Assembly (NCBI GenBank): GCA_038736825.1
Contig: JAVYME010000023.1
Location: 1-17,124 of the forward strand
Origin: Candidatus Iainarchaeum sp.
Lineage (GTDB): Archaea > Iainarchaeota > Iainarchaeia > Iainarchaeales > DTGL01
Direction of reading: 5' to 3'
DNA: 17,124 nt
The translations under genes were made by a program, and so were the position numbers. The notes beneath the pieces are model-generated. The model saw only the letters and a list, made by a program, of their open reading frames with translations. It had not been told where the DNA came from and ran no database searches. Every line of letters begins with the position of its first letter. The stretch's first letter is position 1. Positions 1 through 7,074 of this stretch are shown one piece after another.

Positions 1-74
1 GAAATGTTGTTGTCAAATTCTTCAAGCCACTTGGAAACAAACAGTTTGGAATAAGAATTTGACAACAACATTTC
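1..74. repeat. Perfect 22-bp inverted repeat (1-22 vs 53-74) around a 30-nt spacer, beginning exactly at the window edge
   Basis: Base-by-base check shows gaaatgttgttgtcaaattctt (1-22) is the exact reverse complement of aagaatttgacaacaacatttc (53-74). Pairing breaks at 23/52. Confidence 0.95.
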
Positions 75-969
75 CGGAGTTCTTGCCTTAGACAATTATG
101 CTTCAATTCCAGGGCTTTCCTGCCAGGGAACCACTTTTTGGAATTGGACCCAGTGCACTTATGAATGGGATACCACTGGCATTCCAGATGGAAATTATTT
201 CATTGATGTTAATTTTTGGACTGAAACCCGCTCTGTTGGAAAAAACCATTCCCTTCAACCATTCATTTTGGACAACACTCCGCCCTCTCCAAGCATTGGC
301 GGTGTTTCTCCCACTTGGGTTTACTCTAACAGGGTTTACTTGGGTTGCACTGATGCTGGTTCTGGTTGCAAGATGACAAAATGGTATTATTTCAGTCCAA
401 CACCTGAATGCTCTTCCTCAAAAACAGCGTACACTCTTTACACCAACGCTGGCTATATAGATATTACAACCGATAACAGCGATTACCTGTGCTTGTGGGT
501 TGAAGACTTGGCAGGGCATAGTGCTAGAACTGTTTCGCCTCAATTGCGTGTTGACACTGGAGTTTACGTTGTTGGCAGTATTCCAAGCGAATCCATAAGC
601 ATTGCCACGCAGGACTTGAACAACGAGTGCCGCATGTACTTGGATCAAAATATTACGGTTGAATGTGCTTTCAAGAGCACAATAAGAATCAGCAGCCATG
701 AAAAGGACTTTAACAGGGTTTGGCCTGAAAGCCCAGAGCTGGTAACATCGCCACCGAAAAACGTGAGGGTGTTAATCCAAAGCGAAATAGAGTCTTTCTA
801 TCACAAGGATTATTTCTTGAGGTTTGAAAGCGAGCAACGCACTATTACCAGTCAAGGAAATGAAAGGGATTATCCCACTGTTGTGGTAAGGCGCAGAGTC
901 ATGCCCTTGCTTACCACTGATGGACAAATTGAAATTGGCACGCTTACAATAAAGATAAGGCAACAGTGA
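55..969 (+). CDS. 5'-truncated secreted Ig-like surface protein, paralog of the 12074-13975 protein. It has no signal peptide and no ATG start, so it may be a pseudogene or a contig-edge fragment.
   Basis: Frame 1 is open from 55 (in-frame TAA at 52-54) to TGA at 967-969. The first candidate start is TTG at 268 (track ORF 268-969). Residues encoded from 55 (EFDNNISGVLALDNYASIPGLSC..CTYEW..DGNYFIDVNFW..LGCTDAGSGC..VEDLAGH) align by eye with DFNNFIADLNLSDYANYPGLSC..CTYDW..DGNYFLDLNVW..ISCDD..ASGC..VDLAGN of the 636-aa protein. Coding homology therefore extends upstream of the TTG. Confidence 0.6.
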   Translation, partial: EFDNNISGVLALDNYASIPGLSCQGTTFWNWTQCTYEWDTTGIPDGNYFIDVNFWTETRSVGKNHSLQPFILDNTPPSPSIGGVSPTWVYSNRVYLGCTDAGSGCKMTKWYYFSPTPECSSSKTAYTLYTNAGYIDITTDNSDYLCLWVEDLAGHSARTVSPQLRVDTGVYVVGSIPSESISIATQDLNNECRMYLDQNITVECAFKSTIRISSHEKDFNRVWPESPELVTSPPKNVRVLIQSEIESFYHKDYFLRFESEQRTITSQGNERDYPTVVVRRRVMPLLTTDGQIEIGTLTIKIRQQ

Positions 970-972
970 ATT

Positions 973-1030
973 CAAGAAAAACTTTTTTTGTTGATTATTG
1001 GCTTGAACCTGAAAAAAGCTTTTTTTTTTA
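973..1030. terminator. Intergenic region between convergent genes with T-tracts on both strands
   Basis: A T7 run lies at 983-989, just after the plus-strand stop. An A6-GC-T10 palindrome at 1012-1029 gives T10 on plus and T6 on minus, right after the minus-strand stop at 1028-1030. Archaeal termination typically uses oligo-T tracts. Confidence 0.35.
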
Positions 1031-1885
1031 TGCTGGCACCAAAAGCGATGTAGCCAAAAGATAGGCGGAAACTGAAGTAATGAGCAATATGAGGCAGTGT
1101 TTTAATCCTGCCACAAGGCTGTTTTCTGAAATCTTTCCAATCATTGGTCCAGCGAAAAGGCTTTGCACAACCAAGAGATGCAAAAAGTGTTCTGAAAAAT
1201 TTATTTTTTTCTGTTCACTGGATACTTGCATTGAAGAAATATCGCCTGCTAAAAGGCTTGCTGCATTTATTGACGGCTGATTTGCAATCAATGGCACAAA
1301 GTACACTTGAATGGCAATTATTATCATCACAAAAACATAAAACATCATGTATGCATTGAACAGCGTGGACATTGTGCGGCTTTTTCTTTGCTTTTTCAAT
1401 CTTTCAATTTTTTCCACGTATTTTGCGCTTGTTGTGAAAACTTTCATGAAGTTGCCGCCAGTGCGCAGGGTTTGGTTTATTACAGTAATTATTTTTCTTA
1501 TTAGTTGCGAGCGCACATCTGCAAACGTTATCTGCATTGCTTTTTCGAATGGAATTCCCAGTTTCACTTTTGCCGCAAGCCTTTTCACGTAAATGCTTAA
1601 AGGTCCATAATCGTTTCTGGCTGCTATTTGGAGTGCATCGTTTATGTTCACTCCTGCTTGGAGCAAATCCCTCAAATCGTCAAGCAAGACCCTGAAATTG
1701 TCCTCTAAGCCTTTTATTGCTCGGTTTTTGAGATAGTATGCCAAGAGCAGTGGAGTCAAAAAGGCAATTATTGGCACGATAAGCAAGCCCGTGCCTGCAA
1801 ACAGGAAAAAAAACACTGTGCCTAATGCTATTCCTAAAAGGCTGAATTTCAAGTAATAAACTAAAACTTCATCCATTTTTCCCAC
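1028..1885 (-). CDS. Type IV filament membrane platform protein with a single T2SSF domain (FlaJ/PilC C-terminal-half-like, TadC/EpdK-like)
   Basis: 285-aa ORF with N- and C-terminal TM segments flanking a cytoplasmic helical domain (LRDLLQAGVNINDALQIAA..LRTGGNFMKVF) typical of GspF/T2SSF repeats. The track start is GTG at 1885, with an alternative ATG at 1876 (MDEVLVYY). It lies 9 nt downstream of the preceding platform gene. Confidence 0.85.
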   Translation of the reverse strand: MGKMDEVLVYYLKFSLLGIALGTVFFFLFAGTGLLIVPIIAFLTPLLLAYYLKNRAIKGLEDNFRVLLDDLRDLLQAGVNINDALQIAARNDYGPLSIYVKRLAAKVKLGIPFEKAMQITFADVRSQLIRKIITVINQTLRTGGNFMKVFTTSAKYVEKIERLKKQRKSRTMSTLFNAYMMFYVFVMIIIAIQVYFVPLIANQPSINAASLLAGDISSMQVSSEQKKINFSEHFLHLLVVQSLFAGPMIGKISENSLVAGLKHCLILLITSVSAYLLATSLLVPA

Positions 1886-1894
1886 TTTAGAAAT

Positions 1895-2770
1895 TCATTC
1901 TGGTGATATCACGCTCATCACTATTATGAATGCAATGTTTGCTAGTGGTATTACCAGCCAAACCCCGTAAGTTACAAGTTGTTCTGTTGACAAGCCAAAA
2001 ATGCCGGAATCGCTTGCAAACATGCCTAAAAGCATTACTGAAAAGAACAAAAACAGCGGTGCCGCTATCAAGATAATGCTGTAAATTTCACCCAGTGTTT
2101 CTGCTCTTTCAGCGCTTCTTTCCAATTGCAGCATGTATTCAAAGTATGCGTCGTCTGCACGCTTTGCCATGAATTCTTTGAGGTCACCACCGCTTTTCAG
2201 TGTTGTGTTTAATTCTTTTAGAAAGGTTTGAAATTTTATTGATGGCGTTAATTCTATTTCTTTTGCCACTGCCTTGCTAAAGGAAAGCCCTAATTGGTCC
2301 ATAAAGCGCTGTATTTTTGTGCACTCTTTTTCAAGCCAGGGATAGTCTGGATTGCCTGCAATGGATTGAAACATGTATTGTGGTGGAGCGCCGCCTTCAC
2401 TAATCGTTGACATTGTGAGTATGGCAAGTGGAAGGTTTGCCTCTATTGTTTTGTTTTTTTTTGATAATTCCATTGAAGGCCAAACAAAAGAGAAAGCGAA
2501 AACGCCTGGAAGAAGGAAAAAAGGCAATAAGAAAAGCAGTGGGATTGCCAGGATTCCTGAAAAGAAAACAATTGCTGCAACAATAAAGGCAGCAATTGTG
2601 GAAATGACTGAAAGCGCAAGCCAGTATGCAAAATAGTGTCCAGTGCTATAAGGGTAATCTATATGCGCTAGTTTTTTTTTGAGCGATTCCATTTCCATGT
2701 TTTTTGTGATTTTGTAAAAGGTTTTTTCAGCAAAACTGAAAATAATTGAGTTTATTTTTTCTTTTAGCAT
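1895..2770 (-). CDS. Type IV filament membrane platform protein with a single T2SSF domain (FlaJ/PilC N-terminal-half-like, TadB/EpdJ-like)
   Basis: 291-aa ORF with a TM block followed by a T2SSF-like helical domain (LPLAILTMSTISEGGAPP..LKSGGDLKEFMAKRADDAYFEY) and C-terminal TMs. Its ATG lies 4 nt after the ATPase stop. Confidence 0.85.
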   Translation of the reverse strand: MLKEKINSIIFSFAEKTFYKITKNMEMESLKKKLAHIDYPYSTGHYFAYWLALSVISTIAAFIVAAIVFFSGILAIPLLFLLPFFLLPGVFAFSFVWPSMELSKKNKTIEANLPLAILTMSTISEGGAPPQYMFQSIAGNPDYPWLEKECTKIQRFMDQLGLSFSKAVAKEIELTPSIKFQTFLKELNTTLKSGGDLKEFMAKRADDAYFEYMLQLERSAERAETLGEIYSIILIAAPLFLFFSVMLLGMFASDSGIFGLSTEQLVTYGVWLVIPLANIAFIIVMSVISPE

Positions 2771-2774
2771 TCAG

Positions 2775-5039
2775 TCAACCTTCTTTTTGCGTTTTCAAGT
2801 CTTTTTCTTCGTCCTTGTATTCTTCCAAGCGCTTGGAGAACTCGTTGTAGTCTGAAACTCCTTCTTCCGCTAGTTTTTTCAAGAAAGCAGTCCGCTTTTC
2901 TATTTTTTTCTGCAATTCCAGCAAGGGAATGCTGTGCTCTTTGCTTATTTCTTTTAACAAAAAGCTTTTTCCAGTGATGGGGAAAAACTCTGCAATGCTT
3001 TTTTTGCCTCCCTGCAAGTCAGTTATTTCCTCTATTTCAGTGTTTTCAAGCAAGTCATTGTATTCAAGCCGCATTTCTTTTGCATTGTATCTTTTCACTT
3101 CCGCTATTGTCCTAATCCTTCTCTTAACCTCTTCCTCGCCTATAAAACCAATGTTTATTATTATATCCACTGATTCCAGCAAGGCAGGATACAAGTTTAT
3201 TGGAGGGGTTGTCAGCCTTGAAACAACATCATCAACAGACCTTGCGTGCAATGTTGCAAGAGAACAGTGCCCTGAAGCCATTCCCTGGAAAAGCACAAAG
3301 GTTTCTTTTCCCCTTACCTCGCCAACAATCAAGTAGTCAGGTCTTTGCCTGAAGGACTCCATTATTAGAGTCATCAAGTCAACTTCTCCAAAGCGCTTTC
3401 CAGTTGCATCTGGTGGTCCAAAGCCCTGCCTTGCAACCTGCGGCAGCCAGTTTTCATGCTTTATGTTCAATTCCCTTGTGTCCTCTATTGATACAACGCG
3501 ATTGCCGTATGGAATGAACATTGCTATTGCATTCAATACAGTTGTTTTTCCGCTTGCAGTTGGACCGGTTATCAGCATTGATTTTTTGAATTCGAGCACT
3601 GTCCAAAGATAGGCTGCAATCCTTGCACTCATTGTGCCATTTTTTATGAGCAGCGTGGGCGGCAAAGGTTTTTCCGGGAAAAGCCTTATAGTGAAGCTTG
3701 GGCCTTTCGTGGAAACAGATTTTGTTAGCACTGCGTTTACCCTTGAACCGTCAGGCAAAATGGAGTCAACAAGGGGGGATGCATATGAAACATATGTTTT
3801 GGAGAGTTGTGCGAGCTTGATTATAAAGTCCTCCAATACCTCAATATTGCTAAAAATAATGTTTGTTGCTATATGGCCTTCTTTTTGGTGGACAATGTAG
3901 ACTGGGACGTCAACACCATCGCATTCTATGTCTTCTATGAAAGAATCATGCATTAGCGGTTCTATTCTTTCAAGGCCCAAAAGGTCTCTTGAAAGATAGT
4001 ACATGAGCTTGTGCCTTCCCTGGCTTGAAAAGGAATAACCGCGCCTTTGAATGATGCTTTCCACTTTTTCAAACATTTTTTCTCGGCTTAATTCTTCAAT
4101 GGTTATTACTTCTATTAGTTCGTTTTTGATTTTGTTTATTTTTTCTCTTTCGTCTGCACTGAGGTCTGGTTCTATCACATAGTAAACCTTTTGTCCTTTT
4201 TTTTGGGATATTATTTTTCCATAAGCGTAGCCTGGAATTAAGGTTATGAGGTCTTTTGTTTCGCTTGAAAGCTCGGCTTTTTTTCCTTCAGCGAAAAGGG
4301 TTTCTTTTAGGGAAACAATTGTTTCAGCGTGTTGTCCGGTATCAATTTCCATTTTTCTAAAATCTTCAATGCTTGCTTTTTCAGCCAAGCCAGAGCCTGT
4401 GGCAAAAACTGGCACTTTGAAAACTTCTTGGATTTTTTCCCCTGTTTGCACTCCCTTGTTTCCAAAAATTTTTCCAAAAGATTCTGTTTTTTTGGTTAAA
4501 AACGAAAATCTTTTAGAAACTGTGTTCATTAATCCTGGTTTTTTTTGAAAGCCAGTGGCTTCTTCGCCTGTTTCGCTTTCTTTTGTTTCAATAAAAAAAG
4601 ATTTTATTTTGCTTATAGTTGATTGCCCGCCTTTCACTGGTTGTGGAATGCTTTTGCCTAATGGCAGAGCACTAACTATTTTTTCTTTTGTTCCACTGCC
4701 TTTGGGGGCAAAAACCACAAATTTTGCTTCCAAGGAGAATTGTTTTGCCAGTTGTCCGTAGGAATTAAATGCTTTCACGAATTCGCTTGCTGTTTTTTTT
4801 GCAATTTTTTCCCTAGAATTGAGTTTTTTTTCAGATATTTCTCTGGACAGGTTTTCCATTGCACTTGCACTGATTTCCATTTTTTTGCTTGCTTCCATTA
4901 GGGCTTGCTGCATGTTTTTTGGTTTAAATTCATTGCTTGAAAGAGTGTTTTCCAAAAAAACTAGGCTTGAAAGCCTTTCTTTTAGGGAAGAAAGCGCTGT
5001 TTTTTGCATTTCAAGCCTTTCAATGCTGTCTGTTGTCAT
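2775..5039 (-). CDS. FlaI/PilB/VirB11-family (T2SSE) secretion/assembly ATPase with a long N-terminal extension
   Basis: 754-aa ORF with Walker A GPTASGKT (nt 3543-3566), Walker B-like PDYLIVGEVRGKE and a His-box-like GHCSLATLHA. The canonical N-domain starts near YYVIEPDLSADEREKINKIK (about residue 285). The start ATG overlaps the upstream stop (ATGA at 5036-5039). Confidence 0.95.
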   Translation of the reverse strand: MTTDSIERLEMQKTALSSLKERLSSLVFLENTLSSNEFKPKNMQQALMEASKKMEISASAMENLSREISEKKLNSREKIAKKTASEFVKAFNSYGQLAKQFSLEAKFVVFAPKGSGTKEKIVSALPLGKSIPQPVKGGQSTISKIKSFFIETKESETGEEATGFQKKPGLMNTVSKRFSFLTKKTESFGKIFGNKGVQTGEKIQEVFKVPVFATGSGLAEKASIEDFRKMEIDTGQHAETIVSLKETLFAEGKKAELSSETKDLITLIPGYAYGKIISQKKGQKVYYVIEPDLSADEREKINKIKNELIEVITIEELSREKMFEKVESIIQRRGYSFSSQGRHKLMYYLSRDLLGLERIEPLMHDSFIEDIECDGVDVPVYIVHQKEGHIATNIIFSNIEVLEDFIIKLAQLSKTYVSYASPLVDSILPDGSRVNAVLTKSVSTKGPSFTIRLFPEKPLPPTLLIKNGTMSARIAAYLWTVLEFKKSMLITGPTASGKTTVLNAIAMFIPYGNRVVSIEDTRELNIKHENWLPQVARQGFGPPDATGKRFGEVDLMTLIMESFRQRPDYLIVGEVRGKETFVLFQGMASGHCSLATLHARSVDDVVSRLTTPPINLYPALLESVDIIINIGFIGEEEVKRRIRTIAEVKRYNAKEMRLEYNDLLENTEIEEITDLQGGKKSIAEFFPITGKSFLLKEISKEHSIPLLELQKKIEKRTAFLKKLAEEGVSDYNEFSKRLEEYKDEEKDLKTQKEG

Positions 5040-5359
5040 TCTGGAACTGCCTCCAATATTGTTCCAATGCCTTCTTTTTCAGATTTTTCCTTGTATTGGT
5101 TTTTCAATTCGGTCATTGTTAAGCCAATGGTGGCAATTTCTCTTTCCAAGCGTTCTCTCATGCTTTCAAGAACCTTTTCCAGTGCAAGAGCTTGTTTGCC
5201 GGCTTTTTCAGCTTCAATTGCGCTTTCTTTGGCGTTTTTTGCCTTTGCCAGCAAATTTTTATGGCTTTCTTCTATGCGAAGCATTTCCTCTATTTCCTTA
5301 ATGCATTTGTCTGTTGCACTTATTGCTTCTCTCAGTTTTTCCACAGTGTTTAACTCCAT
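5036..5359 (-). CDS. Small soluble coiled-coil protein of unknown function, translationally coupled to the ATPase
   Basis: 107-aa ORF rich in E/K/A/L with a heptad-like pattern and no TM segment. Its ATG overlaps the upstream gene end by 10 nt (ATGGAGTTAA), and its stop overlaps the ATPase ATG. Confidence 0.7.
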   Translation of the reverse strand: MELNTVEKLREAISATDKCIKEIEEMLRIEESHKNLLAKAKNAKESAIEAEKAGKQALALEKVLESMRERLEREIATIGLTMTELKNQYKEKSEKEGIGTILEAVPE

Positions 5360-6099
5360 GTTGCATCACTTGCCCAGACTCTTACAAAGTCTGCTCCGCT
5401 TTCAAGCCTGAAATGAACATTGTATCTATGCCCTTCACCCACAATGCTTGCTTTTATTTCCCCCCATCCAAGATTATAACCGCTTTTTATGAATTCTGTT
5501 GCAATATTGACATCCTCGCCTGCATGGCTGTCCATGTAAAAGTCTACTTTGGCGTTAAGGTCAGCTGGCACATCCTTAAACCTGATTTTTTGAACCAAAT
5601 TGTATGCTTTCATTGTTGTGTTGGAGTCCAGTTTTTTTATTGCAAGATAAATGTGTTCGTTTTCCAGTACTAGCACGTTTGTGTCTTCAATTGTGCCAAC
5701 ATAAGCGTCAACTTCCACGTTTACGCCTTGAAAATAGTTGCCTTGGCTTTTTCTGCTCCTGGGATTCATTACTTGTGCGCTGGTTTGCTTGTTCACTATT
5801 ATCATTTCAGAATCCCCATTGATGTCCATGGATTCTTTTGCTAGGTTTATGCTTATTCTTCTTTGCGAGTCCTTGCCTTCAGCGGCAACAATTGATATTG
5901 TTTTGTCCATTTCCTTGAGCATTGATTCAAGGTTTTTTATTTCCCCATAATCCTGCATTCTGTTAAGATAGGGTATTCCCACTTGGAGCACAATTGAGAC
6001 AATCACTATGCTCACTAGAGTGTAAATTATTGCACTAATAAGCGGGCTCACTCCTTTTGGTGCCACTCGTTTTTTTGATAATTTTGCAGTTTTGTTCAT
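5350..6099 (-). CDS. Archaeal type IV pilin-like protein (class III signal peptide), probable minor pilin or assembly factor
   Basis: The N-terminus MNKTAKLSKKRVAPKG|VSPLISAIIYTLVSIVIVSIVL has a basic leader, then the KG|VSPLI motif and a hydrophobic helix. This is the archaeal pilin/flagellin N-terminal domain pattern. It shares an ATGA overlap with the upstream ORF. Confidence 0.85.
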   Translation of the reverse strand: MNKTAKLSKKRVAPKGVSPLISAIIYTLVSIVIVSIVLQVGIPYLNRMQDYGEIKNLESMLKEMDKTISIVAAEGKDSQRRISINLAKESMDINGDSEMIIVNKQTSAQVMNPRSRKSQGNYFQGVNVEVDAYVGTIEDTNVLVLENEHIYLAIKKLDSNTTMKAYNLVQKIRFKDVPADLNAKVDFYMDSHAGEDVNIATEFIKSGYNLGWGEIKASIVGEGHRYNVHFRLESGADFVRVWASDATWS

Positions 6100-6656
6100 T
6101 CACTCACCACAATTTCATCCTGTCTGCGGATTTCTGCCCTGTAATCAAAGTCTTCTTTTAAGTCTAGAGTGTGACCGCAAATAATTAAGTCATAGTCATT
6201 ATTAAGCCATGCTCGTGGAAAGGTAGCAGTTGTGCCGTTTGCGATTGCAACTGGGCTTCGCTTGCTATTGTAATAAGTGCAGTCTGCACCAGACCAGTTG
6301 CCTACAAGGTAGTGCACTGAAACACCCCTAGTGTATTTTCCGGAAAACACAAGGTTGAAAGTGTAGCCTTTTTCGCTTGAAAAGGTTTTGAAATTATTGC
6401 TTGTTTCAATCATTATTCTATTCAAGTCGTTTTGGAAAATTCCTGCAGTGTAAGCAAGCGGTATTTCTCTTTCAATGTTTTCCATTAAAAAATGTCCTTC
6501 GGTTCTTTGATGGGGTTGGGTTCTTGAAACAAAGGCAACAGCAAACATTAGCATAACCAATATGAGTGAAACTATCAGGTATGCTTGCCCTTTATTGTTT
6601 CTGGCTCTTGGCATCAAACCTTTTTTGTTGGGTCTCTTGCAATTTTGTCCGAGCAT
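6096..6656 (-). CDS. Putative pilin-like, N-terminally anchored protein (possible class III signal)
   Basis: 186-aa ORF. MPRARNNKG|QAYLIVSLILVMLMFAVAFV resembles a basic leader, Gly and hydrophobic helix. A TAATG stop/start overlap links it to the upstream ORF. The start could also be the internal Met (MPRAR). Confidence 0.65.
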   Translation of the reverse strand: MLGQNCKRPNKKGLMPRARNNKGQAYLIVSLILVMLMFAVAFVSRTQPHQRTEGHFLMENIEREIPLAYTAGIFQNDLNRIMIETSNNFKTFSSEKGYTFNLVFSGKYTRGVSVHYLVGNWSGADCTYYNSKRSPVAIANGTTATFPRAWLNNDYDLIICGHTLDLKEDFDYRAEIRRQDEIVVSE

Positions 6657-7054
6657 TATTTCACCTTGAAAACCCAGATGAACATTTGTATTTTTTTCAT
6701 TGAATGGTTGGAAATGTTTCCATCAAACAAGTATGAAACAGTGGTGTATGCTTTGTCTGAGGGGATTTCTCCCCAGCAATTGGCGTTATTGTTTGCATCG
6801 CAAACTCTTAACGAATAAGGGTAGTCAAAATATCCATCCATGTATGCTTTCAGCATTGAAAGAGAATTTTCGTCTTTAACAGCGGCTGCCAGGTTTCTAA
6901 AGGATTGTTCTTCACAAAAGGAAAGGAAAGCGTCTTCTCCGGCTTCTCGCAAGCCAGTGTATTTTTCCTCTGGAACAAAATATGGAGATGAAATGAAGGT
7001 AATTGTTCCCAACAACAGTGCAGTTGCAAGCAGTGCTTCATAGGTTTTTATCAT
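6656..7054 (-). CDS. Small N-terminally membrane-anchored protein of unknown function in the pilus operon
   Basis: 132-aa ORF with hydrophobic N-terminus MIKTYEALLATALLLGTITFISS. A strong GGAGG lies 7 nt upstream of the ATG (7062-7066). Confidence 0.7.
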   Translation of the reverse strand: MIKTYEALLATALLLGTITFISSPYFVPEEKYTGLREAGEDAFLSFCEEQSFRNLAAAVKDENSLSMLKAYMDGYFDYPYSLRVCDANNNANCWGEIPSDKAYTTVSYLFDGNISNHSMKKIQMFIWVFKVK

Positions 7055-7061
7055 TTGAGTG

Positions 7062-7066
7062 CCTCC
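7062..7066 (-). promoter_or_regulatory. Shine-Dalgarno site of the 132-aa ORF
   Basis: The minus strand reads GGAGG 7 nt upstream of ATG 7054. Confidence 0.55.
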
Positions 7067-7074
7067 ACTTTTTT

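Noticed and set aside
98-376. A 92-aa plus-strand ORF overlapping the left-edge gene in another frame
   Set aside because: The frame-1 translation across the same bases is homologous to the 636-aa paralog, so frame 1 is the coding frame. The 98-376 product is hydrophobic and low in complexity with no support.
1903-1912. A perfect 10-bp palindrome gtgatatcac near the junction of the two platform genes, considered as a regulatory site or SD
   Set aside because: It lies in the last codons (VISPE*) of the upstream gene. It is more than 20 nt from the downstream start, which is too far for an SD. A 10-bp palindrome in 17 kb is not compelling on its own.
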